A stretch of DNA of 64,000 nucleotides from Tubulanus polymorphus (taxonomy: Eukaryota > Animalia > Nemertea), in NCBI RefSeq assembly GCF_964204645.1, contig NC_134030.1:10437947-10501946 (forward strand), given 5' to 3'. Below are positions 1-11,753 of this stretch, piece by piece. Made by a program: the position numbers and the translations under genes. Each line of letters starts with the position of its first letter. Position 1 is the stretch's first letter. Under the pieces are notes generated by a model. It was given only the letters and a program-made list of their open reading frames with translations, had not been told where the DNA came from and searched no databases.

Positions 1-166
1 TTCCTTGACATCTGAAAATTTCATAAATCATTTGAGACCGAAAAATCATTAAAAAAATCATCTCTTGTAACTGAGTTAAACGGTATAAACACAGACTATC
101 ATCGAGCATTTGATGATTCGACATTTTTCGATTGGAAAATCGTCTATAATGTAATTTGCAGCCCAC

Positions 167-278
167 CTTCGATAGTCAACAATTCCGTGTCGACTTTAGA
201 CTCTTCTTTCGGTTTTTCGGCGTCTTTTTTAGTGTCTTTTTTCTCTTTTTTGGCCGTAGTAGACATCGCAACCGGCAT
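167..278 (-). CDS. PSMD3: First coding exon of a divergently transcribed gene, probably 26S proteasome regulatory subunit Rpn3/PSMD3 (rest of gene lies left of the window)
   Basis: The minus strand reads MPVAMSTTAKKEKKDTKKDAEKPKEESKVDTELLTIE plus G|GTGGGC, a phase-1 donor (alternative ATG at 266). A charged N-terminus ending DTELLTIE resembles the PSMD3 segment ELDTVTLE|DIKEH as recalled. Identity rests on a short match only. Confidence 0.55.
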
Positions 279-539
279 CGCGTAAATATGCTAAGTCACA
301 CTACAGATCAAATATGGCTGCCGTTGCGTAAATTCAATTCAAATTGATTTATTCGTTCAATAATCATCGATGGAGGCGGATAAAAAATAATTAGACAATT
401 AACTAGATTATCCCGACGATGAACTAGAGGACTAGACTAAAGCATTTCTGCCGCGGGGTTTCGCTTCTTTGACGCGCTGTCGCGCGTGGAATGTGCTCGG
501 AGCCATCCATCCAACGGCGTCATTCAATCGCCGAGCAAG
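279..539. promoter_or_regulatory. Compact bidirectional promoter region between two head-to-head start codons
   Basis: 261 bp separate the ATG at 278 (-) from the ATG at 540 (+). The region has CpG-rich patches and YY1-like motifs (AATATGGCTGCC near 311; CAAGATGGCGG overlapping the ATG at 540). Confidence 0.55.
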
Positions 540-608
540 ATGGCGGAGAGCAAGGGAGGTATCTTCGCGAAGACCTTACAAAAACAGTTCGTCCGAACGA
601 AACACAAG
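540..608 (+). CDS. AMPH: Amphiphysin exon 1 (amphipathic helix 0)
   Basis: MAESKGGIFAKTLQKQFVRTKHK, donor GTAATC at 609. Confidence 0.93.
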
Positions 609-1293
609 GTAATCGTCTTAAGGATTAACTTTAGATGCATCTTTACACCATGCACCTAGTGATCGGTGATATTTTATGTACGTGTCTTTCTTATAAATAC
701 TTCAAAATCTCGCTTAAACGTTCATTTCGGAGGGCTGGTCTTTATTTACTTCCGGGTTTGTGTCATTCAATGAAATTTTATTGACTAGAATTTCGACTTG
801 TATTCTTTGTCAGGCACGGATAATTTTAAAGTAGAAGAGTTAAGTTGTCAACTGTTAACTCTTTGCATGCAAATTATGTCTGAACTGTATCCTGTTGTTT
901 GTGTAATCATTGACCGTCCTAATTGGCATTTCAAGATATGCTTGAAAGGGGTCTGCACTGGATTACCCATTTGCCCTCTCAATTTCAGTAAGCGAGCGTG
1001 CTCTTGTGTTGAATTTCTAAACTTTCCATCCATTGTTGCCATCTCAATTTCTAGTTGTTTTGGTGTATTGTGTCTTTGCTGAAACTCATCCAGTTGTCTG
1101 TGGTAACTGTATTCATAGCTCTGGCTGTATATAAGGTTCGACAAATAAAGTTGTTGCTTGTTCAATGTTTTCCCTTGTGGAGGAATTTGATTTCTTCTCC
1201 GCTCGTTTATAATCAAAAAGACCTGAGTGATGGGTAACCTTTTCGTCAGAGTTGTTCGTGATATAAAGAAAATCGCCATTTTGATGCGAAGTA

Positions 1294-2598
1294 CAGTCAA
1301 ACCTGCTTAATCTGGATCAGTTTAATTCGGATTTTGATCTATGCTTCATTAGCCTTTCTTTTTCATCTACTCATAGTCTGATTTTATTTTGAAAAAAATT
1401 GAAGGGCAAAGGAAAAAATATGAAATTGAGAAATGTATTTTCGATTAATCCAGGAATTAATGCCAGTGCCAGTGGTAAAAATGCTAGAATAAAAAATCAT
1501 ACCATGGATAATGCCATAGGTAAAAATGCCAGCAGGAAATAGATGATTTTGCAAACATGGACTTTATGAACATTGGACATGATATTCTCATTTACACTAG
1601 ATTTTGAATATTGAATGTGAAGTATAACATATTTCTAGGTAATTGAAATTGAGAAGTGAATCTGTGATTTGTAAAAAAAAAGTAAAAACCTAGGCAATTA
1701 GAACATGAGAATATATAAACATAGTACATGGTCTTATTTATTCTAGATGACATCTAGATTATCTACATTATTGGAAATTAGAAAATGAATGCACAGTTTA
1801 GATATAACATATTTTTAGATCAATGAATTTCCTGTTGTAATTCATAAAGATTAAATGATTCAATGAATAGTTTATCAGAAGATTTTTATTAGCTAGTTCG
1901 TTGCAATCTATCATGTCCAATCAACGATGAAATGAATAGTTCATTATTATGGTTTGGAATACCAGTTTTTTTTAAATGATGAATCGAATCAAAAGTTTCG
2001 TCGAAAGCATTAGATTAAAATCGTGGATTTGCTGTTATTATTTTGAATACGAATAAACAGATACAGTGCATATTTCCCTCTGGCATTTTTACTGTAAACC
2101 CTTTTCTATTACTGGTGTTTTTAAAATGGAAAGGGATCCAGAGGAAAATAGAAATTAGTTTATTCAAATATTTCCCGCGTAGAATATCTGAAGGACTGCA
2201 AAAACATTAAAACGGGGACGAAATTTGTGTTGAATTGAATTCAACCGAGGAAGACGCAAGACTTCGTGCGAATCGTGAGATCAGAAATTAAGACAGAAAT
2301 TATTATCAACAGCAACAAAATCTGGGTTTTTTTTTTGTTATACTAAACTATCATAAAAACATGACGGGAGGGGTAAAGTTGAATTCATAGCCCTATGTCG
2401 ATGTTTATGGCAGAATCCCAGGCGGCGATCAAGTAATTAGAAAAAAATCCTAAATATGAAGTACCATGTTTAATCTAGATTTATCAAAAATTCAAATTCA
2501 AAATGACTTTATTGATCCTTAATGTGACAGAACATTATTGGTGAATGTCATGGATTTCATCATTCCTGGATGTGCTCTCAATTAAGCGGGTTTGACTG
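1294..2598. mobile_element. Non-autonomous Tc1/pogo-type DNA element (probably with nested insertions)
   Basis: TIRs CAGTCAAACCTGCTTAAT / ATTAAGCGGGTTTGACTG (17/18 match), each flanked by TA. Confidence 0.6.
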
Positions 2599-2689
2599 TA
2601 GTTGTGTTGTTAACTTTCCATTTTATATTTTTACCGTATTCTTAATCGTTAAGTTTATGTTGATATTCTCGACTGTCTCAATCAGGTTT

Positions 2690-2957
2690 CAGGGTTTGAC
2701 CTAAGGAATAAACGCCACTTGCCCGTATGACAAGCATATCGGAAATTTCGCTTGTCCCCTCAGTAATCGGTTTGCCCTTATACATCGGCAGTCAAAATTG
2801 GTGGCACAATCATCTGTTGTATTGGGTGGGAAAAGAGCTTTGAGAAATAGGCCTTTTGCACTAGCCCAGTGGACGAGTGATGATGATAACCTACTAATTG
2901 CCCTAATGAGAATATGCTTGTCGCGGGCAATCGGACAAGTGCTTAGATCGGACCCTG
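2690..2957. mobile_element. hAT-like MITE; second copy at about 21053-21313
   Basis: Ends CAGGGTTTGACCTAAG / CTTAGATCGGACCCTG; interior 2798-2957 is closely similar to 21160-21313. Confidence 0.6.
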
Positions 2958-3694
2958 TGTTATCAGTTGGACTTCACTTGAAAAAAGTATGAAATTCATG
3001 TAGTTTTGTTTCATTTACTCTAACTTTATTTGGGCATTTTTATGCTGCGGAACTCAACGGGACTGCAGGGTTCCGGATAAACAGTAATATTTAGAAATAT
3101 CCGATGAATTTCTGGATGTTACAACAACAAAAAACTATTTACTTGATGCATCACTCAGTGATTCATTCGGTTGTCGATTGTTATTTTGCCCTAAAAAATC
3201 AAGTTTCAAATTCGAAATTGTGTCTTGTATTACAATTACGTTGATGTTATAAGGTCTTGGTCACTGTGCCACTCGAAAAGCAAATGATGCACTTTATGGG
3301 GAACAGAGTTTTGTGGACAGGGGCCTATACAGAATATAATTTACAAAATTTATCTACAATATTTTCTTTGTCTTTAATAGCCTGTGCGTATTAATTATTA
3401 TATGTGCTAAGCCAAGCAGGTTTATAGGCTTACTGGTTTTAACATTACTCAAAACAGGTCTATATGAAATGGTCATTCATTCAGAATTCCAGATCTTGAC
3501 GTCGAAAAATATGTCTTGGAAAATTGTTTGCACATGATCTGTCATATCGTTGGCGGTTCCTGATGATTTCTCAAGTACCGGTACATTTCACTACATTAAA
3601 CCATTGATTAAACACTACATCCTTGTTGTATTGATGAAAATGTTGAGATGCCCACAATGATAACAAAAATTAAATGATATAAAGTTCTAGTAGG

Positions 3695-3902
3695 CTAGTT
3701 TATTTAACGTTTCGACTATACATATAGTCGTCTTCAATGGAATATTTCGAACTTTAGTATCTATTTTTTTCATTATCATTGTGGGATTAACCATTGGTGA
3801 AACACTATATTCCGTGTGGTAACGATGTGTTGCAGAGAATCCCACACTAATAAAACGAGAAAGATGAAGTCCGAAAAGTTTCCTTAAACCTAATAGTTTA
3901 AT
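3695..3902 (-). mobile_element. Degenerate hammerhead-bearing (Penelope/retrozyme-like) repeat copy
   Basis: Minus strand TTGAAGA-C-GACTATA-TG-TATAGTC-GAAACGTT (about 3706-3737), plus the family tail (GAATCCCACACTAATAAAACGAGAAAGATGAAGTCCGAAAAG on +). Confidence 0.6.
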
Positions 3903-4250
3903 ATGTAATAGATGAAATCTAAGTGACGGACGCTTCGTCACAGCTTGATTCAATTTTTCATAGTAAGAAATGATAGCGATTGGGGAAAACAACCTCTAGT
4001 ACGGGGTAACGAAGTCGAAAACACTCAAAATATTGTCAGTGACAAGGAGCACACTTAAATGCTGTTAATGAAACTGGAAAGAGAATCAACTCCAATATTC
4101 CATATTGAAATTGTACTGTAGTTGAACCCAAAGCAATGAATTAATGAAGAAATTAAATCAACTTAGTCAAAACTTGGAAAATTTAAAATTAATGCTCGAG
4201 TTAAGGGGTGGGAAGAAAGAAGATGAAACTGTAACTCTGTAACTGTAAGT

Positions 4251-4314
4251 TTTGATTCATTTCTGAAATTTGGGCTTGATATATTATAAGCCCAAATTTC
4301 AGAAATGAATCAAA
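4251..4314. repeat. Perfect 27-bp inverted repeat (hairpin, 10-nt loop)
   Basis: TTTGATTCATTTCTGAAATTTGGGCTT (4251-4277) is the exact reverse complement of 4288-4314. Confidence 0.9.
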
Positions 4315-5488
4315 CCTCATAATTCTTTAATCTTATATTATAAGATCAAATGAAATTTAATATTTTAATTTTTGCGAGAAAAAAATTTCTCATAAATCAG
4401 GTCTCGGTACCACTGTCTGCTAAAAAGATTATTCTTTCGATTTGGATAAAGTGTCATTTTTTAATGGTTTAAAACTCTTTGTGAAACCATAATGTAACCA
4501 ATGACATTTCGGTGGGAACTGAGAGGGGTTTTTGCAATATTGAAGAATTTTGACCTGGTAGTTAATTTAGAAATTAGCTCCATTTGGAAATAAAAGGAAG
4601 ATGAGAGAAGATTACAACGTATTTCTTAATTACCTTCAAAAAGAAAAAAAATCGAATACGCGTTGAAACGCACAAATCGGAAAATTATTTTCTGCTAGAA
4701 AAAACTCGAATTAGCAGGAAATGCGAATGTCAGTACAATAATTGATTTCTCTTGCGAAAAATATACATTTCTTTCTAATCCGCCTGGAATACGGTTCAAA
4801 ATAAGCAGTGCACGCAGCCAGCGGTTCCGAATTCCTTATTTGGTGAAGAAGGGGCGGAGACTAATGTTTTTGCCGACCGCGATGTTGCTGCTGCTCGAGA
4901 GCGAGACTACGCCGTGCCGATCCGCCGCCGCGCTGGCCGAGAAATTTTACGACTCTAACGCGACTCTCACCGCAGTTCTTAGGGTCGTTACTTTTGATTA
5001 AAAAAGTGTATTTCAGTGCTGCCGCTGAGAATGACAGCTGCGCGCGCGAGAGCGTAATTCTCCGGGATTCGAACCGCGTGGCACCGGGCCGCGGCCGCGT
5101 TTTGTTATTATGAATTCGCCCCTGTTGCTAAGGGAATTTCAGCTATTTTCAACTGGATCGATCAACGCGGTTCATTGTTAAACTATTCATCAACCCAATC
5201 TTGTTCGAAATTTCATGAAATAAATACATTCTGAAATAACCCGATCCATAAGTTACCGTATTTTAGTTAGTGGAATGCCGGATTTTAGCGTGACGTAATT
5301 CTACTTCCGATTTCCCCATGAACTTCAAACCGGACGTCAAGTGACGTCATTTTTTTCTGACTTTGTCAGCTAGTCAGAATCGGTTAAGAAGACACTTCGT
5401 AGTACCCACATATACGCGTTTACCAAAGGGACGTCCTCCGGGCGCCTTAGGCGCCCGGCGTCTGTCTATTAATTCGATGTTTTCACTA

Positions 5489-5647
5489 CAGTCAATCCCC
5501 AATATACTGCCCTCCCACATAATGCCAAGTTTTCTCGATGTACATCTCTATACAAATACATTGTAAAACACCCCCGATATAATGCCGTACTCTCTATACC
5601 GCCAAAATTGTTCTGTACCCATGTGGGTGGTATATCGGGGTTGGCTG
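5489..5647. mobile_element. Tc1/pogo-type MITE; related copy at 26334-26506
   Basis: TA|CAGTCAATCCCC...CGGGGTTGGCTG|TA; interior is an inverted match to 26334-26506. Confidence 0.65.
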
Positions 5648-5682
5648 TATATCCTAATTTCTGTACATGACTATTAAGACGA

Positions 5683-5793
5683 CTGAACTATGACTATTAG
5701 GTTATAGTCGAAACGTCGAATCGATAAGTTATTAGCTTTAAGGAAACTTATCGAACTTTATCCGTCTCGTTTTGTCAGTGTAGGATTCTCTTT
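5683..5793 (+). mobile_element. Hammerhead-family repeat copy with damaged core
   Basis: CTGAACTA-TGACTA-TTAGGTTA-TAGTC-GAAACGTC-GAATC followed by the family tail ATTAGCTTTAAGGAAAC...GGATTCTCT. Confidence 0.65.
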
Positions 5794-6073
5794 ACATTTC
5801 ACTACAGTATAATAGGGACTCGGCAAACAATCTGATGACTTCATCGCTGTACAATGACTACAAGGTTTTCATTTCATTGTCGGTTACCACGTTATTACTT
5901 GATCATGCTTTTATCTAATCGAGGCAGCATTTCCTACTCGGGTCATGAATTAGAATGTAGAATTTCCTATCGCGTTCAGTTTTGAAGCCTGCAGCTTTCT
6001 ATAATAGGTGTTGAGGTCGACCCTTTTTCGATTTCCAGTCGACGAGGATGATGATTTGGTTTTTGTTTTTCAG

Positions 6074-6154
6074 GTACTGCAAAATCTTGGAAAAGCTGAG
6101 AAAACGAAAGACGACCATTTTGACATATATACCAACAATTTTCACCATCAACAG
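6074..6154 (+). CDS. AMPH: Amphiphysin exon 2 (BAR)
   Basis: ttttcag|VLQNLGKAEKTKDDHFDIYTNNFHHQQ|gtaagc. Confidence 0.95.
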
Positions 6155-8798
6155 GTAAGCTGAAACTGTTACAGGGCGGTCACTTACCTGGATATCGGGG
6201 AAAGGTCGGGGAACTTTTTTTCTTTACAAAAGTGGGAGAATTTTGTAAAAGCCTGGCACGGACGTGTAACTTTTTCAAGCAATCAAGCGTGATGGTCAAA
6301 ATTGCTCGTTGTCGAACAAAAAATTGCTCGCCTGTAGAAACAGGAGACTGAAATAGCTTGTTGAATGGATTTGTTCCTGGCCGATATCAGCCCGATCGCC
6401 CAATACCAAATCTAGGTTTCTTTCATTGACTTGTCGGGGGATCTGAGGACTTCTCTCTAAGCTATGGCAACAATAAATCTATAAATGTGTTTATAAAAAT
6501 GTATCGAAATAGATTGGGGCCAGAAAAAAAGGCACTCAGAACATTTTAGGGGGGAGGGTGCAATAAGTGGTCAGAGCCGCTTGAATTTTCCAATTGCAGC
6601 ATGGCGCAACTGAAAATTGTCGGTCTGCTAGGGTTAGGGAGGGCATATAGATAGAGGTAACTGCAGGAAGGGTTGTTGACATTCGGCTGGCGGCGGGCAT
6701 TCAGCTGAATCCGGGGACGTGATTGAATTAAGCGATATTTATTGGCACGGACTAATCTTCGTATCTGTTAATACGAAATGTGTTACAATCGAATTTAACA
6801 ACCGTCCTTGTTCTATATCATCGCGTCATCTATATTTGTGTTAATGGCCAACTGTGCACATTCCATTGCCAGATACCGATTTCAGTTGCCTCTCTCCCTC
6901 CCCCCTCTCTCTCTGTCATTCTTGTTTGTGTGTCTGCGCTTCAAGTGGACGAATAAATCGATGAAACGAAACCAATAAAATCCACTCGGTTGACTTTTTA
7001 TCCGCCACGTGTGCCAATTATAATCGTTCAATTCCTATTGATAGCGGAACAATTTTTTTCCTTCGAGGGTCAAATACCGAAATTATATACGGACGTATGT
7101 GACTTATATGTACACGAGTGTGCGGATGTTTTCATTAACGAATGTTATTCGCATTTTTAGGATGCGCGCACTGTAAGAATCAGGGGCGCCGCACTTTGCG
7201 TTTTGTTTAACGATCAATTTTTTTCTATCGACTTTGAGTAAAAGTTGGCGGCTCATACTTAAGTCGAAGTTAAGGGTTTACGGAGACGTTCCATTAAAGG
7301 TATTAGAAATAGAAATTTTTGTCGGCCGCTCTTAACTTATGCAGTGGTCAATGACAATGCGGTATTCCTCCAGTCAGGAGCCAATCAGTGATCCGTGCCA
7401 ATTCGGCCCGGGCCTAATCATATTCTCTGTCTGATCGCGGCTTATGTTGTTAATCAATAAGCTGGGAATGAAAGCAGAGCTGCCAACTGTTCCTGATTTT
7501 CAGTATTTGTTACTATTTTGTAATGAGAAATGCTGATTTGATTTGTTTGATGCACATACAGAAATATGAAAGGTGTTACTGAGGGTATCACTGCTGATGA
7601 CCGATTAATTTGAACATTTCTTTCATATTTCGATGAAATATAACTGAAAAAATTCGATTTGTTACTGATAGCGCTTGATAGAGGATGGCGGCCCAGTGAA
7701 AGGGTTGATAGTGATAATAATTTATTCTCATTCAACTAATTTACAAAATAAGGGTATTTTCACGATTCGGAATAGGAGATGTTAAACGAGGTTTTGAACA
7801 CTGCTGCAACGTAGTAGGTGACTTAATAGGTCATAGAAAATAGTCTCAGTCGCTTACAAACACGCATACGGTTTTCCAGCGTAACAACAATGCCCAGTTG
7901 TAACGCCATTGATATTGCTGGTTGCATAAACATTTGATTTAGGTGAATGAAACCAATTTAGCGCGTGTATAAATTAGCTTTTGGAATGCGAGCGCGCGTT
8001 TAAGGCTGTATAATTCGTTAATCGGTGACTAGCAGCGGGAATCGACGAGCGGTCCGGTCTAATATATTATTAAGATAAAGTTTATCCGACGCGCTAGTTA
8101 TACTGATGAGGCATTCGATTGAATATTGTACGTCATTGAATACGTAACCTGTCTCAATTAACCAAGAATTTTGATTCAATTTCTTCGTTGTTTTAGATTT
8201 AGCCTACTGGGGCTTTTCTGTGAACGACGTCCATATTGTTGTCAACTTATGGCTTGTTTCAATTACTTGGAGTACGGATTTTTTCCAAGAAATAAATGGG
8301 AGGGCTATGGGAAAAATTGTTGTTAAAACTAAAAAGTTTTTTACAATCAGCGTTTCAATGAAAATCTGTTTATCATTGAGTATTTTTCACATAAAACCTC
8401 TGAAGGACTGCAGAAGAAAATAAAAAAAGAGTGAAAAGTGTCAATTTTACTACTTTTCGTCGACAAATGCAGAATAACTTTCTGGACTAGATCCAATCAC
8501 TACGCAAAGTAACCGATTTACTGCATTTGATATGTTTTCAGACATTAAACATCTTTAGGTTTGCCCTGCAATACATGTAATGCTGCTCATCATGGCAAAA
8601 GTAAATGCAATGTCTCTAATCTTCTATAGGCCTATATAATTTTGCCTCCCAGGAGAATTTTGGAAAAATGAACATAGACACAGACAGTTTTTCAATTGCC
8701 ATTCGAGGGGGTATCATATTGTTTGTAAATATATGAAATATTCAGAGTCCATCATATTGATTGTAAATATATGAAATGTTCAGAGTCTACTGTTCATG

Positions 8799-9008
8799 AG
8801 AGAAATCCCACAATAACGAAGCCTAGATTGAAAAATTGAAATTATATATGAGGAGCGACGTTTCGGCTAACAACTGTTAGCCATCATCAGGCATACTGAT
8901 CGCTCCTCAAATATAATCATTCTGATATAGAATTTTTCAATCTTGGCTTCGCTTTTGTGGGATTTCTCTCGTCATCATCATACACAGATATTGTGTATCT
9001 TCTCATCT
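8799..9008. mobile_element. Foldback retro-insertion containing a minimal hammerhead ribozyme, 15-bp TSD
   Basis: AGTCTACTGTTCATG is duplicated at 8784-8798 and 9009-9023. Inverted arms lie at about 8798-8858 and 8900-8970, with the hammerhead core in the loop. Confidence 0.8.
8853..8894 (-). ncRNA. Minimal type I hammerhead ribozyme motif (intact core)
   Basis: Minus strand GC-CUGAUGA-U-GGCUAACA-GU-UGUUAGCC-GAAA-CG-UC^GC: complete conserved core, up to 8 bp of stem II, palindromic ACGU in place of stem III. Stem I is only about 2 bp here. Confidence 0.75.
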
Positions 9009-9426
9009 AGTCTACTGTTCATGTTTTGCTACCTCCCGGTACAAGTTGACTGATGTACCTTTTTGTTTGTTTTATGTTTATTGCTAATGAAAATCTTGAA
9101 TTTCTACTGGACCCTAAGCTGATATGAATTGCACCCTCATAGAACATATAACAACGATAATCAGTTGCAAAATTCTAGCTCATGACAAGTTCTATGATTG
9201 CGGTGAGTTTCAAGCTAACTGATTGCACCGAGGGATGTTGAATATTGAAATGATCAGATTGACAGGCATTTCGCCAAGTTGGCATGGCGTCCCTGGACCC
9301 CTAGATTTTTGTGGTTTTGACCTTTTAATCATCAATCATCATCAATTTTAATCGACATACAGCGAATTCCAACTCTTCCGAGTTGCCGAGTCAACTTAGT
9401 CAACCGAGTCACCACCCTAAATGGCC

Positions 9427-9822
9427 CAGGTTCCTAACCACTCCTTAAAAACTTCTAAACGGAAAATGCGTTTTGCTTGAAACTCCATGAGCAAAACGTC
9501 AGATACTCCTTTAAAACTCCGTCATTTTGAAGAAAAAGGCAATTAACGATTTTCTAAGTTTTATGCCTAATTTGGTACGGGTGGAACCGTTTAGGCAGTT
9601 ACTGGATTAGAAACCGCGTGTAGTAATGTAAAAGATGAATATTTGCTTACAAAACCACCGAATTAATGGTTTACCGAGATCAAAAGTACTGATTAATGAG
9701 GAGCCTACGGAAATTGGCATGAAAATGATGCAGACGCTTCCTTGAAATATATGAAATTTTCTCCTTGGTAAACTCCTTTAAAACTCCTTATATCCAGGAA
9801 TGACTGACCTGTAGGGATTCTG
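9427..9822. mobile_element. hAT-like MITE
   Basis: Degenerate ends CAGGTTCCTA / TAGGGATTCTG, flanks TGGCC/TGGCA, repeated internal AAACTCC motifs. Confidence 0.45.
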
Positions 9823-9924
9823 TGGCAATAGCTGTTCTAGGGGATGAATGTACAGGGGAACATGAAATTGATTGATACCCTATAACTCGGTAGATTAACG
9901 ATTTATCATTGGTTGTATTTTCAG

Positions 9925-9979
9925 AGTCAGGCGACTAGATTAACGAAGGAATTAAAGAACTATATACAATGTGTAAAAG
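9925..9979 (+). CDS. AMPH: Amphiphysin exon 3 (BAR)
   Basis: ttttcag|SQATRLTKELKNYIQCVK+G|gtttgt. Confidence 0.93.
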
Positions 9980-10285
9980 GTTTGTGTGTTTTATTGATAA
10001 TTGATGTTGCAGATTGTATTATAAGGCAGTTGTTGAACGAAATTGCAGGAAAAAGAAGCAAATTTTTCACCCCAAATAGGCTAGAAGCTGGGAAATTGCT
10101 CGTCCTTGGTCTAATTTCCAAATTTTTCTGGCGAAAACTGAAGCTCCAAACATTTCCACCTTAACAAAAAATTACACTTGCATGAAAATCAAAGCCTAAA
10201 AGACACGGCTGGCTTCAGGCCTGTGTTACCACCTAGACTACTAGTAGGATCGATAATTCTGAATTTGGTTTTTGTTTTTCCATAG

Positions 10286-10380
10286 CTGTCTCCATCGCAA
10301 GTAAAAGTTTATCAGAAGTTATCGAGGAAGTCTACGAACCGGACTGGACGGAGCATGCCGAGGTGCGAGAACTCGTTGAA
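10286..10380 (+). CDS. AMPH: Amphiphysin exon 4 (BAR)
   Basis: catag|(A)VSIASKSLSEVIEEVYEPDWTEHAEVRELVE|gtaagt. Confidence 0.95.
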
Positions 10381-11020
10381 GTAAGTACTGCTGAGGGAAA
10401 TCCAGATATCCAGATATGGCATGCATACATACTCAGGGATTTACAGAACCCTTGCGCTGCATATAATGAGCTGGGCTTGTCACAAAATTAATACATTTTT
10501 GATTCGATGTGCCCAAAACATTTGTGTGATGCCGCTGAGGATTCGAATTTGAAAGAAATGATGCCGACATCTTTAAGTCTTTTACTTGAAGTTGGCGATG
10601 ACACTTGATTTCAAAAACAGGACCTGGTATAGATTCATATGCAGATTATTCCAAATGCCATTACTGGGTAATCAATTATTTGATGTATGATTTTGATGAA
10701 CATGTTCACTGCCAGGACAAGTTATCGTGTTGTACAGACAACATTACCATTAATTCCAGCTTCCTGAGATCGGGCAGTGGCCAAAGCGCAACTAAAAGTC
10801 ATCTTGCAGCTGGACCAGATAAGATATGATTATTGGAGCTGCCCAGTATATTTCAAAAATGAAAATTTTGCGTATTGTAACAATTGGGCATTGGCAAAGG
10901 AGAGCGCAGTAGAAGATTTGCGATTGGCAGCAAACGTGTCAATGGTTCAAATCTAATGAAAAATCCTTTTCGCTTTTCTGATGTGCTGTCTGATGTTTTT
11001 TCGTTCATTACGCATTTCAG

Positions 11021-11224
11021 TCTCAGGACTTACTGTGGGCAGATTACGTCAATAAGTTGACGGAGCAGGTACTCGGTCCGTTGTCAGTATACATGGCGCA
11101 GTTTCCCGATATGAAAACGAAGATCGCGAAACGCAGTCGCAAACTGGTCGACTACGACAATTCCAAACACCACCTCGAACACGTTAAAAGCGCCAAGAAG
11201 AAAGACGACGCTAAGATAAGTAAG
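11021..11224 (+). CDS. AMPH: Amphiphysin exon 5 (BAR)
   Basis: tttcag|SQDLLWADYVNKLTEQVLGPLSVYMAQFPDMKTKIAKRSRKLVDYDNSKHHLEHVKSAKKKDDAKISK|gttggt. Confidence 0.95.
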
Positions 11225-11407
11225 GTTGGTTGAGGAAGAGTTTAGCGAGTAACGAATTAGCTTAGAACCCGACCCTAGCTCCCTCAACGACGCGTACCCC
11301 TGACGCTGTACCGCCAGCTGAAAATCTATATGGTTCATACCCTGAAAAAAATCGTCTCAAAATAACACCGCCGACAATTTTGTTTCATACGGCCAACGCT
11401 ACCAGGC

Positions 11408-11652
11408 TGGGGGTGGATCCAGGGGGTGTGCGACTCCCTTTTTCCAGCTGAGGGACCTTGGTATTTTCTCCCCAAAAAAAGAAAATGTTGAAATCAAGAG
11501 CATATTTCATTCCTAATTTCAATCGGGAATCAAAATTTTCTGGGGTAGGACCCCTCTGACCGCCTGCTTACCTTATGGCGCTTTTGTGTAAGTAATGACC
11601 CGATATTCCATGTGCGCCCCCTTTTCTCAAAAGCTACGTAGATCCGCCCCTG
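11408..11652. mobile_element. MITE of the CAGGGGCGGATCC family (other copies about 23747-23964, 30405-30616, 47232-47537, 63000-63294)
   Basis: Ends GGGGGTGGATCCAG / GATCCGCCCCTG recur at five loci with related interiors. Confidence 0.6.
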
Positions 11653-11753
11653 TAAGCCGCCCACTGTTTTCCGATTCATTATCGTCGGAATTCTAACCAC
11701 CATTGAAAACGTGTTTCTGAATGTGCTGATTTGAATGTTTTATTCCCCTGTAG

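Noticed and set aside
2798-2992. Similar ORFs at 2798 and 21162 suggesting paralogous small proteins
   Set aside because: Both lie in copies of the same non-coding MITE.
4780-5122. GC-rich island with a minus-strand GGTTCGAATCC (B-box-like), possible tRNA or SINE
   Set aside because: No cloverleaf or convincing A-box was found; it is probably a repeat interior.
8103-8150. CTGATGAG resembling a hammerhead start
   Set aside because: No paired stem II followed by GAAA.
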